In this document: positions 10,153 through 22,923 of the stretch, piece after piece
How the letters are laid out: every line of letters begins with the position of its first letter
How positions within the stretch are numbered: the first letter of the stretch is position 1
Notes under the pieces: model-generated
What the model was told of the DNA's origin: nothing
What the model saw: the letters and a program-made list of their open reading frames with translations, nothing else
Databases searched by the model: none
Source of the DNA: an uncultured Candidatus Entotheonella sp.
Lineage (GTDB): Bacteria > Tectomicrobia > Entotheonellia > Entotheonellales > Entotheonellaceae
Direction of reading: 5' to 3'
DNA length: 64,000 bases
Assembly (NCBI GenBank): GCA_965217185.1
Contig: OZ244252.1
Span: forward strand, 1,440,001-1,504,000
Made by a program: the position numbers and the translations under genes

Positions 10153-10188
10153 GGGATGTCGGGTTAAACCCACGTTGACCTGACCCGC
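10153..10188 (-). repeat. Degenerate REP-like hairpin between convergent genes
   Basis: GTCGGGTTAA..TTGACCTGAC imperfect stem; reverse strand ends CCGACATCC like the 8947 and 19469 copies. Confidence 0.35.
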
Positions 10189-10212
10189 AGAGATGTCATT
10201 AATTCCGCCGAC

Positions 10213-11298
10213 TCAACCGAGCCGGTACGGCTCCAGCTTCTCCCAGTCGAAATCGACGCTGTGGCCAGGGCGTTCCGGGGCGCGGGCCATGCCATTGACG
10301 ATGGGCAGCGGCACCTCCACGTAGGGCTCAACGCCAAAACCGTGGATTTCGAGGTAGTTGGCGTTGGGAATCGCGGCCAGAAGGTGGACGTGCAAGTCGT
10401 GGACGCCGTGCGAGGTGACGGGCAGGTTGTAGGCCTCGGCCATGTGTGCGACCTTCATCCACGGCGTGATGCCGCCGCAGTTGGTCACGTCGGGCTCGAC
10501 GAACGACACGGCGTTGGCTGCCATGAATTTCTGGAACTCGTAGATGGTGTGCAGGTTCTCGCCAGCGGCGACGGGCGTCAGGCCCTCGGCCACGATGCGG
10601 GCATGACCGGCGACGTCGTCGGGAATGGTGGGTTCTTCCAGCCAGTAGACGTCGTGCTCCGCCAGCGCCCGCGAGCGGCGAATGGCCTCCTCGGCTGACC
10701 ATTTCATGTTGGCGTCAACCATCAGGTGCACGTCCGGGCCGATTTCCTTGCGCACCGCCCCTACCCGCTCAATATCCTCCCGCAGCGTCTCCTTGCCAAC
10801 CCGCATTTTCACGGCGTGAAAGCCGTTGTCCACCAACTGGCGGTTCTGTTGGATCAATTCAGGTATGGAAAAGTTGAAATTGATGCTGCCGGCGTAGGCG
10901 TGCACGTCCGGGTTGTGACCGCCGAGCAAGCGCCAGAGCGGAACGCCGAGCTTGCGGGCTTTCAGGTCCCACAGGGCGATGTCGACGGCCGAAATGGCGA
11001 AGCTCGCCGAGCCGCCGCGTCCGGCGTAGTGCACGTGCCACCACATGTCTTTCCAGAGTGCTTCGATCAAGTCGGCGTCGCGGCCGTGCAGGAACGGCCC
11101 GAGTTCGCCCTCGATGAGCGCGGCGATGCCCTTGCCGCTGTTGAGCGCATAGGTATAGCCGACGCCTTCCACCCCGTCGCCGTCCCGCAGGCGCACGACG
11201 ACGAATTCGGAGTGGGTCATCACGCCGTGCATCGAATCCTGCATGGCAAAAGGCAAGGGAAGACGGTACAGAGAGGTTTCAACGTGTGTGATAGACAA
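10213..11298 (-). CDS. Mandelate racemase/muconate lactonizing enzyme family protein
   Basis: SAVDIALWDL, KMR, MVDAN, WLEEP, AGEN, SHG; TTG start after GAGG. Confidence 0.9.
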   Translation of the reverse strand: MSITHVETSLYRLPLPFAMQDSMHGVMTHSEFVVVRLRDGDGVEGVGYTYALNSGKGIAALIEGELGPFLHGRDADLIEALWKDMWWHVHYAGRGGSASFAISAVDIALWDLKARKLGVPLWRLLGGHNPDVHAYAGSINFNFSIPELIQQNRQLVDNGFHAVKMRVGKETLREDIERVGAVRKEIGPDVHLMVDANMKWSAEEAIRRSRALAEHDVYWLEEPTIPDDVAGHARIVAEGLTPVAAGENLHTIYEFQKFMAANAVSFVEPDVTNCGGITPWMKVAHMAEAYNLPVTSHGVHDLHVHLLAAIPNANYLEIHGFGVEPYVEVPLPIVNGMARAPERPGHSVDFDWEKLEPYRLG

Positions 11299-11537
11299 GG
11301 CGGTTTCCTCGACGATTGCGCGGCGGCGTGAGCCGTCCGGGATGCTGGATGGACCTGATCGCTCAGGGGTCGGACAGTGGTTGGAGTGGCATTGTAAAGC
11401 AGTCGCCCGGCGGTCGTCTACTGCGACGGGAACCTGTGAATTTCGCCGCGTTTGCCCGGTTGCCGCTGCTTCACAATGCTTTTTGGAGTGTGATATAAGC
11501 ACCAAGGTTTTCCGAACCTATCTAAGGATTCTCGGAT

Positions 11538-11939
11538 ATGCGTGCTCCCAACCGCAGGCGACCGCAGAGGCGCCAGATATATGTCCCGTCCGGTACCGAT
11601 CTGAACCACTTGGCCAATCTGGCGGTTTACGTGGGCAGTCCCGAGCACAAGGACTTTCCCAGCTTCGCCGGTCAGCCCCGCTTGCGGGCCGACGCCTCAC
11701 GCTGCCCGCGCGAGATATCGGACCGGGAATTGGTCAATCAATAGCTTCGTTCCGCCATTCGACGAGGCGCCGTGGGAGCCTATTGGGAAGGCGGCTTTTC
11801 ACGTTACGTCTGGTACAAAGACGGCGACAGTGTCTATGAAGGACGGCTCCTAAACAGCGGCAACGGTGAGTACAAGGGGTATCCGTTCGACAAAAGCGAA
11901 TGGCCAAACGGCATTGAGGAGTTGTATGCCGGCGCTTGA
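11538..11939 (+). pseudogene. Small hypothetical gene (133 codons) interrupted by an in-frame TAG at 11742-11744
   Basis: Frame continues after TAG (LRSAIRRG..RYVWYKDG..YEGRLLN..GEYKGYP) to TGA 11939, overlapping the next ATG at 11926. Confidence 0.75.
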
Positions 11940-13248
11940 CTTCGAGATCGACTGGGTGGATGCGGAAGGCATCCGAGGCCCCGAGTTGTCCGCCACTTGG
12001 GCCGCTCTGCGCATCCGCGCCGATGAGTCGATTATCACCCGTGTTTTGGACGTGCGGGCCAAAACCGTCCGCGACTTCGTGTACGTGCCGCTGTATCCGC
12101 TGGCGGAGTGGCTGGCCACGAACTGGTGGTTTCTGAGTCACGAATTTGAAAACCCGGACAAAAGGACCGATACCGACTTCCGACGCCGCCATGACTTGGC
12201 GGCCGGCCGTGAGGGCTACGCCTACCCCGGCTTGGAGGTCGTTTCCTGCGGCACCTTTACCCGTCTTGCCTGGAGACGTGAGGGTTTGCCATGGACAAAG
12301 GTTACCTTCCTGGAACAGGGGCAAACCTGGGTCGACAGCAGCGGGTTCCGTGCGTCTTGCGCCAGCCTCATTGACCACGTTATCCGGCGCCTCGATGCTC
12401 TCGGCATTGAAGAAACGTTTCTGCAACAAGAGTGGGTCGCTATCCAAGGCGCGGACGAAGAAGAAACTGCATTCTGCGAGACTGCCGCAGGAATGGGCTG
12501 GGATCCGTACGCCTTGGATGATGGACGGCGCGAGTGGGTACTTTGGCTCGCTGCGAAATTTGGCGATGTGCTTGGTGAAGCCGTGCCGGCTATGTGCACC
12601 CCCCGATACTATGAGGATTGGCGCGACGTTGTGTTGACTATCGCGGAGGCCAGGAAGTTCAACCGACTTCCGCTTCGGCGTCTCCGATCCTTTGGCAGAG
12701 ATGTCATGCCAGACACTGGAAGAGGATCCTATCCTTGGGACACGGGATACGACGTTGCGCGGCGACTGAGGTGGAATCTGGGTGTAGGCCGTGGCGACCC
12801 CCTGCCTACCATGATGATATTGGCGCAGGCGCTTGAGGAAGACCCTGAATCAATGGACAGAGTGACGAAGAAGAATGTGGCACTCGGTTGGCCCGCTCTG
12901 GTCGACGCAGTAGTTGCCCAGGACGACGAAGGCCCCGCTTTCGCTTTTCGGCGGCCTGAAAAAGATGAAAAAGGCAGGCGCTTCCATTTTTGCCGCGCTC
13001 TCGCCGAGATATTGATATCTCCCGGCTCGGACACCTTACTCACGAAAGCACATTCCGAGCGCCAGAAACGCAATCGTGCCTTCGCAGCCGAGTTTTTGGC
13101 GCCGTCTGAGGGTTTGCAACAACGGGTACGCCGTAAATTGGTGGACAGCGACGACGTGAACGAGATGGCGGCGGAGTTCGGAGTTTCCTCGCGCCTGATC
13201 GAGCATCAGATCCGCAACCATCGGATCGCCGACATCTGGGATGGCTAG
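11926..13248 (+). CDS. ImmA/IrrE (peptidase M78-like) domain protein lacking HExxH
   Basis: RRFHFCRALAE in place of RFTxAHELxH; NRAFAAEFLAP; MAAEFGVS HTH-like tail. Confidence 0.8.
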   Translation: MPALDFEIDWVDAEGIRGPELSATWAALRIRADESIITRVLDVRAKTVRDFVYVPLYPLAEWLATNWWFLSHEFENPDKRTDTDFRRRHDLAAGREGYAYPGLEVVSCGTFTRLAWRREGLPWTKVTFLEQGQTWVDSSGFRASCASLIDHVIRRLDALGIEETFLQQEWVAIQGADEEETAFCETAAGMGWDPYALDDGRREWVLWLAAKFGDVLGEAVPAMCTPRYYEDWRDVVLTIAEARKFNRLPLRRLRSFGRDVMPDTGRGSYPWDTGYDVARRLRWNLGVGRGDPLPTMMILAQALEEDPESMDRVTKKNVALGWPALVDAVVAQDDEGPAFAFRRPEKDEKGRRFHFCRALAEILISPGSDTLLTKAHSERQKRNRAFAAEFLAPSEGLQQRVRRKLVDSDDVNEMAAEFGVSSRLIEHQIRNHRIADIWDG

Positions 13249-13283
13249 GAAGGCGTCCCAGCCAGACTAAGGAGGATTGCAGC

Positions 13284-14933
13284 ATGTACACCCTGGAGGT
13301 GTTGAATCCTGTCGCCCAACAAAGGGGCGTATTGACCACGAGGCCGATCAACCCGCGGCCCGCCAGCCTGGACCGCAAGACGGTGGGGCTGCTGTGGAGC
13401 GGCACGCATGGCGGCGACGTAGCGCTGAAACGCGTGGGCGAGTTGCTTCAGGACATGTTCACCGACGTGACCGTCAACTTCTACACCGGTGGCAACTACC
13501 CTGCCCCGCCGCCGATCGTCCGGCAGGCTGCCGAGGAGTGCGACGTGGTCGTCGGCGCCACCGCGGATTGAGGGACCTGCGCGTCGTGGATGTGCCACGA
13601 CATGATTGAGATCGAGAAGATGGGCAAGCCCGCCGTCCCTATCGTCTCGGGACGTTTTGAGAAAGACGCCGTCGCCAGCTCCCGCACCTTCGCCATGCCT
13701 GATCTGAAATTCGTTACCGTGCCTCGCATCTATCGCAACCTCGCCCTGGATGAATGCGTCAAGCAAACGGAACTGGCGATTGACAGCCTTGTCCACGCCC
13801 TTGTGAGCGGTGGGCAGGCGGCCGAGAACGGCGCCGCCGTCCACGATCCCGAGCGGCGCTATTCATACGACGCCGATGACCGCTACGCCGCCGTGCTGCG
13901 CATGAACGAGGATTTCCTGAGCCGCGACTGGGGCGATAGCCTGCCGTTCTACCCCGCCACCCGCCAGGCGGTCGATGCGTTGTTGCAAGGCACCTGCCTG
14001 CCGCCGGATCATCTGGTGTGCGACATGCCGCCCGGTTTTGGGCTCGCCACTGTGGAGAAGATCGCCATCAACGCGGCCATGGCCGGCGCCCTGCCGGCGC
14101 ACATGCCGGTCATCATTGCGGCGGTCAAGGCGTTGTCGGAGCTCGGCCCGCACGGCGGCAAGTCGCTGCTGATGTCCACCTCGCCGCACGCGCCGGTGCT
14201 GGTGGTGAACGGTCCCGTCGCCCAGGAGATCGGCCTCAATCCGAGGTCCGGGCTGGGGCCGGGCCGTGACAACCAGGTCAACATCACGATTGGCCGCGCC
14301 TTCTCCCTGTGCCTGCGCAACATCGGGCAGTGGTATCCCGGCCACATGGACATGGACACCATCGGCACGACGCGCAAATTCGTGCACTGTCTGGCCGAGA
14401 ATGAGGCCATGAGTCCGTGGGAGCCGTTCCACGTCGATAGGGGCTTTGGAAAGGAGGAGAGCGCCATCAGCATCTTCGTGACCGATGGCGAGTTGGACGT
14501 GCAGGATCAGGGCAACACCAGCGCCGAGGGGCTTCTCAAGACCATTGCTTACGGCTGCACCTTCGGCACCCGCAGCCTCGGCGAGCGGCACGACGCCGAA
14601 CGGCTCATTTTCATGCCGCCGGATGTTGCCCGGCCCGTAGGCGCACAGGGTTTCAGCAAGCGCGGCGCTAAGGAATTCATCCACCTCAACGCCAACGCCA
14701 GCCTGGGCAAGATGATCCAGTACATGCCCCTGGAGGGCGAAGCGCGTGTCGCCGCCAACTGGAAATGGCTGTTGAACCACAGCGAGCAGGAGCGTCTGAA
14801 CATGACCGTTCCGGTGCTTGAGAGCGCCGAGCGTTATTACGTTCTGGTCATCGGTGCGGACCGCGCCAAGACGCTGGTGATGCCCAGCGGTCCCAGCCCG
14901 GCAACTGTCGGTATCGACGCGTACCGGCCTTGA
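13284..14933 (+). CDS. UGSC-family selenoprotein (U-G-T-C redox motif) fused to a large conserved domain, 549 aa
   Basis: ORFs 13284-13571 and 13590-14933 are in frame: GATAD-TGA-GTCASWMCHD; SECIS-like hairpin follows; TVEKIAINAAMAG domain. Confidence 0.88.
13583..13601 (+). promoter_or_regulatory. Candidate bacterial SECIS element
   Basis: GTCGTGG-ATGTG-CCACGAC perfect 7-bp stem with GU-containing loop, starting 11 nt after the TGA. Confidence 0.7.
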
Positions 14934-16706
14934 GGGTTAGGCATTTGTATTTTGGAGGGGCAGTAAACTCTTCGCGGTTGACTCGGCTGACCCAATGTTG
15001 ACTGTGAGGTAAAGGAATGGGGCAGTTCATTAGGAAGATATGGGGGTCATTCTGCCAGGATTTGGGTCACGTACCGTTCGAAGTCCTGCAAGGTGGTAAA
15101 TACTTTGAAGCCCGCGTTGCTCGCGGCTTTGAATGCTTCGGCGTTTTCGCCAATCAGAATGGCTACTGGTTGGCTATACCCTTCCTGCAGACCTTCTGGC
15201 CAAGCCAAATCCAGTACAGAAGAAGGTTCGCTGTCGCTTCCATTGTAAATCTCGTACGCAGCCTCCCCGGCGGAGAACCCGTTTTCCTCCACGAAACTGT
15301 TTGCCGCCTTCAGGATTTCTTCCTCATTCTCCGGGTCCACATTTGACAACTGGATCTGTGTGTCAATTGTCGGCGGTCGTATTCCCGATGTTGTTTCCGC
15401 TGGCGGCATCACACCATTTCTCAACTGTTCCAGGGTTTCGTTGGCCGCCTTAGCCAGAAGTTGGCGTCGTTCCTCCAAAAACTGAAAATAGTTTTCTACT
15501 TTCCACAACTCTGGATCCATCGGAATCCACTGTGACTCCAGCGCGCCAGGCCAATTTATGGACACCGACGGCATGTATTCGACTGGTGCAGTACTCCCGA
15601 TCGACCTGTTGGTTTCTCGGGTTTGGAAGGCGATATTGCCCATATTGTTGGCGTCGTTTGCAGCCACACCGTTTCGGCGCAGGTAGTCTTTAGGAAATAT
15701 ATGATGCAGTTCCAGGTTGGTATGGTCACCCAAACTGTGATGTCGCAGCTGATTTCCTGTGCCCCAATCTCGGGCGTCGTGAATGCGAGACAGGATATAC
15801 AGCAATGGGTAAAATCGAGCCTTAGTGTAGTTGCCAGCAAAATTATCGTGGGTGACTCTCCGGTCACCTTGACTCCTCCGCAAATTTCGCAATAGAGCTT
15901 CTATCGGCTCCGGCGTCGACAAGGCTCCAATATCCTGGTTGATAACAGTTTCGATCGGACCGGAGAAACGCCCCCATATTGCGACACTTACGTACCAGTG
16001 GAAAAGCCTCGCCATAGTACTTTGGTCTGAAAACCGACCCTCCCGTTCAACTAGGAATTTGACCATAATGGGAAACGCCTGCTTGCTGTTGTAAATCCTA
16101 TCAATGTCCATATGGAGATGACTACGCATGGCTTCCAGGAGGTGGTCGACCGCATTCTCGGTCTGCCGCAATGCCCCTTGAATTGGCGCCACACCCGTTT
16201 TTTCGGGCTCCAAGCGTTCAAACTCAGACGCTCCGACAAGGACTGCATTCATGCAACGCAACAGCCAATCAAGAGTTGCGTTAAATCCAGCCTGTTTCCA
16301 CTTGCCGAGTCTTTTTTGCATCTCGGAACGCGCCTCGGGCCAACTTGCGCCAATTCGGGCGAGGGTCAGGTCTCCTTTCGACAATTTTGTGCCGCCGGAA
16401 TTGACCCTGTTGAATATGTCAACAACTACGTCCGTGGTTTTGTCATCCCCTGTAACCTGCTGAATGGGCAGATCGACACTCTTGATCTGTCCGACTTTCA
16501 GGCCTCGTTGTAGGTAAGTGGCTTGTTTCTGCGAATAACTTGGGTTGCCAACCAAACGGCTTATCCAATCATTTTCTTCTGCGAAGAGGTCCGTGACACT
16601 CACCCAGAGCGGATCGCTGCTCATCTTGACAGGCGCGTAAAATTCAAATTCCTCGTGCTCTAAATTGAAGTAGAGACCAGAGAAGGCTTTCTTGTCACCA
16701 TCAAAG

Positions 16707-17994
16707 GGCGCCTCGAAAAATAACTCACTGGCGGGCAAAACTGGCGTGAGTGGTCCTATCGCGTGATGTCGGTAGAGAATGAACGGCGGTTGGCGCGGTG
16801 ATGTCGCTCCCCGACAAGAGCCATGGCGCTTTCAATGAGGGCGTCCCACGCCCTGCTGCACCCTTTAGCGTGAATCCACCACCATCGCCAGACGTTGCAA
16901 GTGAACCAGGCGACGCCTGTTGTAGGCAAGGTTCTTGAGACCTATCCGCGCTCTCGCCCGTACAAGACCGATGCTGCGAACCAACGTCCCGCCCACGTCG
17001 TTTTGCTGCGCCCCGAAGACATGCTCTACCCGTGCTCGAAACCGTGAACGACTCTGGTTGCCCGCCTTCTCCCAATCACACAGCGGACGGTTGCGATAGC
17101 CCTTGCGATGAATCCGACTCGTCAAGCCCCTTTCCTTGACCTTCTCCTCAATCGCTTTCGACCGGTAGGCGCTGTCCGCCCAGACGCCGCTTGCCGTGTT
17201 GTCCGACGTAAGCAGTTCATCAACCCCTTGGCTGTCGTGCACCGCCGCGTCCGTCACCCGGTAACGCCGGATCAGTTTGTGCCGACGGTCGATGCTGACG
17301 TGATTCTTGTAGCCATAGTGGCTCTTGCCGTGCTTCTTCGTCCAGCGCGCATCCGTATCCTTTTGCCGACGCTTGGCCGCCTTGTCGGCCCAGGCCGCGG
17401 GCATCTCACCGCGCTTGATCTGCTCATTGTCGCCACGACGATTGCGTTGAATGGGAACCGCGACAATCGAGGCATCGATGATCTGGCCGCCCATGGCCCG
17501 GTAGCCCTGGCTTTTCAGATAGCCGTCGAAATCCTCAAACAAGGCCTCCAGGAGGCCAGCCTGTGACAACTGCTCGCGGTAGAGCCACACCGTCTTGGCG
17601 TCGGGCACCTTGTCTTCAAGCGCCAGCCCCAGAAAGCGCACGAAGGACAGGCGGTCACGCATCTGATACTCGACCTGGTCATCCGACAGATTGCAGAGGG
17701 CGCACAAAATGATCGCTTTGAACATGACGATGGCGTCCCACGGCTTGCACCCCGCATTGGACTTACGCTTGTCGGCTGGCTTGCGCCAGACGTTTTCCAG
17801 GCGGCTGCGGAAGGCTTCCCAGGGAACGACGGCATTGATCTTCACCAGGGGGTCATGCTTGGCATCCAGAGCGGCGTAGCGATTCTCGACATCGAAAAAG
17901 CCCATCTGAGCCATGTTCAACTCCTCCGGCCTGTTGGTTAACGTGTCTCTGTGATTCTAAACCACGTGGGAAGATGAGTATTATTAGAGATGCC
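16707..17994 (-). mobile_element. Complete IS5-family insertion sequence (about 1.29 kb)
   Basis: Imperfect TIRs GGCGCCTCGAAAAATA / GGCATCTCTAATAATA; flanking direct repeat CAAAG at 16702-16706 and 17995-17999 (or AAA if ends are 1 nt longer). Confidence 0.92.
16865..17914 (-). CDS. IS5 family transposase
   Basis: DRLSFVRFLGL..PDAKT, IIDAS, DARWTKK..GYKNH, ADSAY, RARVEHVFG. Confidence 0.95.
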   Translation of the reverse strand: MAQMGFFDVENRYAALDAKHDPLVKINAVVPWEAFRSRLENVWRKPADKRKSNAGCKPWDAIVMFKAIILCALCNLSDDQVEYQMRDRLSFVRFLGLALEDKVPDAKTVWLYREQLSQAGLLEALFEDFDGYLKSQGYRAMGGQIIDASIVAVPIQRNRRGDNEQIKRGEMPAAWADKAAKRRQKDTDARWTKKHGKSHYGYKNHVSIDRRHKLIRRYRVTDAAVHDSQGVDELLTSDNTASGVWADSAYRSKAIEEKVKERGLTSRIHRKGYRNRPLCDWEKAGNQSRSRFRARVEHVFGAQQNDVGGTLVRSIGLVRARARIGLKNLAYNRRRLVHLQRLAMVVDSR

Positions 17995-18490
17995 CAAAGA
18001 ACACTGGCGGTTTTCCTCTTACAATTCCATATAGACTGGTCACCCTCTGTTGACCGTCCAGCAACAAATCGATTGCACCGGATTTCCCTGTTTGGTTATC
18101 GCCTCGAACCTCTGCCTGCTCGACACGGGTAGTCCATGTCAGCAACGAGCCTACTGGGTAGCCTCGGTATAACGAATTCATCAAATCCTTGACTTGGCGA
18201 CGCTTCCAAACATACCCACGCTGAAATACTGGCAAGGCCAGGGCCTCATTATCCACGTTGTTCAGTATGTCTACGATCTTCATTAACCGTGTCCTTTCCC
18301 CCGTTTTGTCGCCTTACTCAGTTACCGATCCGTCAATGTAACACTGTGATGAACCCCTGGCCAATCGAGCGATTAGCGTGACGCCGGAGTCGGAGCAGCG
18401 GACTGTGTGGGATTCGCGGTTGTTCTTGTCGGCATCCTGATAGAACGTTTGATACCGGATATATGATGCTTGTATACGGCCGCGGTCGTG

Positions 18491-19450
18491 TCACTCGGGA
18501 GTCAAGTGTTTTTGGAACCATTCGAGCGCCGCGGAAGAGGCCGCGTCATAGTGGCGCCGGTAGATGCTGTAGTGCTGGCCGGGATAGGTCTTGTATTCGG
18601 CCTCGGCGTTCTTGCCGATGATGTCGTAGACGGCGCGACCGTTGGCCATGCGGTCGAAGAGTTCTTCCTCGGTAACATCGATGATCAGGGTCGGGACCCT
18701 CACTTCTGCCGCTTGGTCGATCGGGCGGTGATCCAGCATCTTCGCGAGGTCCGGCGTGCCTTTCAGGTTGGGAATCTGGTCGACACCTTGTGGGATCGGA
18801 TCGATCTTGCCGCGCGCTTTGTCGATGGCGCGCTGGCGGGCGAATCGTTTCGCTTCGGGGCTCCAACCGCCGACCCCTTGATAGCCCACCTGGCTGACGA
18901 TGGCCGCGACCCGGTCGTCGCGGGCGCCAATATGGATAACGTGGCCACCCGAGTAGCTCGTGCCCCAGATGCCGATGCGGTCGCGGTCGATGCCGGGCTC
19001 GCCGCTCAGGTAATCCAGCGCGCTGGTGATGTCGCGAATCTGGTCGTGGGGATCCACCACATCCCGGATGGCACGGGCGCGTACGGTCACCTCGCCGTTG
19101 GCGTCAGGTTCCGGTTGCTCGCCGATGATGACGAGACGGCTGTGGCTGTCGGCCCAGCCGCGGTAATCGAATGTCAGCACCACGAAGCCGGCGGCGGCGA
19201 ATTTTGGCGCATAAGTGCTGTTGAGATGGTCGCGCGTGCCGCCCCAGCCATGGGTGAGGAGAACCGCGGGCGCGTCGCTACCCTCGCCGAAGCCGGCGGG
19301 TAGCCAGAGGTCACCGGCCATTCTGGTGCCGTCGCTCCAGATATGGATAGGGCGACGCTCAACGCCGTCCGCTTCGCTCAAACCGACCCAGACGGCGAGA
19401 ACGACGATGACCGCGAGCGCCGTGAACAGGCCGCGTGGAACACGTCTCAA
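18491..19450 (-). CDS. Exported alpha/beta hydrolase (start uncertain)
   Basis: HGWGG, FDYRGWADS, GTSYSG nucleophile elbow, signal-like N-terminus; start placed downstream of the REP. Confidence 0.85.
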   Translation of the reverse strand: MRRVPRGLFTALAVIVVLAVWVGLSEADGVERRPIHIWSDGTRMAGDLWLPAGFGEGSDAPAVLLTHGWGGTRDHLNSTYAPKFAAAGFVVLTFDYRGWADSHSRLVIIGEQPEPDANGEVTVRARAIRDVVDPHDQIRDITSALDYLSGEPGIDRDRIGIWGTSYSGGHVIHIGARDDRVAAIVSQVGYQGVGGWSPEAKRFARQRAIDKARGKIDPIPQGVDQIPNLKGTPDLAKMLDHRPIDQAAEVRVPTLIIDVTEEELFDRMANGRAVYDIIGKNAEAEYKTYPGQHYSIYRRHYDAASSAALEWFQKHLTPE

Positions 19451-19468
19451 GCAACTTCGCGTTAGTCT

Positions 19469-19504
19469 GTAGGTCGGATTAGGGATGCGTAATCCGACAT
19501 TCCT
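19469..19504 (+). repeat. GTAG-type REP element
   Basis: GTAGGTCGGATTAGGGATGCGTAATCCGACATTCC; 9-bp stem GTCGGATTA/TAATCCGAC; same family as 8947-8980. Confidence 0.8.
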
Positions 19505-19652
19505 CTGCTGAATTGTCCTGGCGACCCAGTTGATCATATTTTCCTCCCATCATCTCTGCGTTACGGTCTGAACTCATCGCTCCAATCAGGGCTTTATCGT
19601 ATGCTGGACAGTAGGCAACAAACCAGGATGAATCGAGAAGGAAAGGTAACCC

Positions 19653-20471
19653 ATGGAATTTGGACTACGAGGTAGGAAGGCGATTGTGACCGGCGGCAGC
19701 CGCGGTATCGGCAAGGCGATTGCGCTGGAACTGGCCCGTGAAGGTGTTGACGTGGCCATCGTGGCGCGCGGCCAAGAGGAATTGTCGGCGACAGCCGAGG
19801 AACTGGCAGCCGAAACCGGACAGCGCATTGTTCCGATTGTGACCGACGTGACCAGCCGCGAGCAGGTCGACCGCATGACGGAACAGGCCGCTGAGCAGCT
19901 TGGCGGCCTGCATATTCTGGTCAACAGCGGCGCCCTGCCCGGCGGCTCACCAACAGCGGTTGGGCACATCGACACGGTGGTCGACGAAGACCTGTTGCAG
20001 GATTTCAACGTCAAGTATCTCGGCGCTCTGCGCTGCTGCCGTGCCGCCATTCCGCGCATGAAATCCGCGGGGTGGGGGCGCATCATCAACATCAGCGGCA
20101 CCAACGCCCGCACGGCCGGTAACCTCAGTGGCGGTGCGCGCAATACCTCCATGGTGCACCTGACCCGTACCCTGGCGCTGCAACTCGGCCGCGACGGTAC
20201 CACCGTCAACTGCATCCACCCCGGCATTACCCGCACCGAGCGAACCCCCGACCTGTTGGCCGCCCGCGCCAAGGAGCTTGGCATTACCGCCGCTGAGGTA
20301 GAAGCCCGGGATTTCGCCGAGGGCGCTCCTCGCGGCAACGCCATCGGGCGCATGGTTGACGCCTCGGAGATTGCCTATCTAACCGTCTTCCTGGCCTCAG
20401 ACAAAGCATGGGCCGTCACCGGCGAGCTCGTTGTTGCCAACGGCGGCACCGGCGCGGCCGTGTATTACTGA
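19653..20471 (+). CDS. SDR family oxidoreductase (atypical active site)
   Basis: TGGSRGIG, LVNSG, NCIHPG; no YxxxK (GGARN instead). Confidence 0.9.
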   Translation: MEFGLRGRKAIVTGGSRGIGKAIALELAREGVDVAIVARGQEELSATAEELAAETGQRIVPIVTDVTSREQVDRMTEQAAEQLGGLHILVNSGALPGGSPTAVGHIDTVVDEDLLQDFNVKYLGALRCCRAAIPRMKSAGWGRIINISGTNARTAGNLSGGARNTSMVHLTRTLALQLGRDGTTVNCIHPGITRTERTPDLLAARAKELGITAAEVEARDFAEGAPRGNAIGRMVDASEIAYLTVFLASDKAWAVTGELVVANGGTGAAVYY

Positions 20472-20490
20472 GGCTTGGCCACCAGCTCCG

Positions 20491-22608
<2,118 letters not shown>

Positions 22609-22923
22609 AAGTCGTCCTCCATTCGGATACGTTGCGAAAAGCAGAGAGCGCAGCGCGATAACGGGCCGCAATTTTCCACGTGCGTCAACCACGGCGGCGC
22701 TGGCGAATTCGGCTACGCCTTCTGTCTGCTATCAGGGATGGGATGAATCGCGGCGAGAACCAACGATGACAAGCGGCATTGTAGCACATTGGGGCGCTGC
22801 GGGCGGCCCGCCGCAGGGAAAAACGGCGTGCACCGGTCGGGGCTGGAAGGTATAGTGAATGTTAATAGTTACAAGACAAAATTGCACAGATTCATCCGAC
22901 GTTGAGCAGAAAGAGAGACTTCG

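Larger units (their letters stand above)
15047..18283 (-). pseudogene. GmrSD-family (DUF262 plus HNH/DUF1524-like) restriction endonuclease interrupted by an IS; 647 aa when rejoined
   Basis: LPVFQRGYVW and DGQQR in the 5' part; LELHHIFPK..N..GN in the 3' part; removing the IS restores KPPVFFDGDKK in frame; lower GC than flanks. Confidence 0.9.

Noticed and set aside
11742..11744. Pyrrolysine or programmed read-through of the TAG
   Set aside because: No pyl genes or methylamine methyltransferase context in view; a nonsense mutation is simpler
15047..16738. 563-aa ORF as an independent gene
   Set aside because: Its start lies inside the IS end; it is the 3' part of the interrupted DUF262 gene
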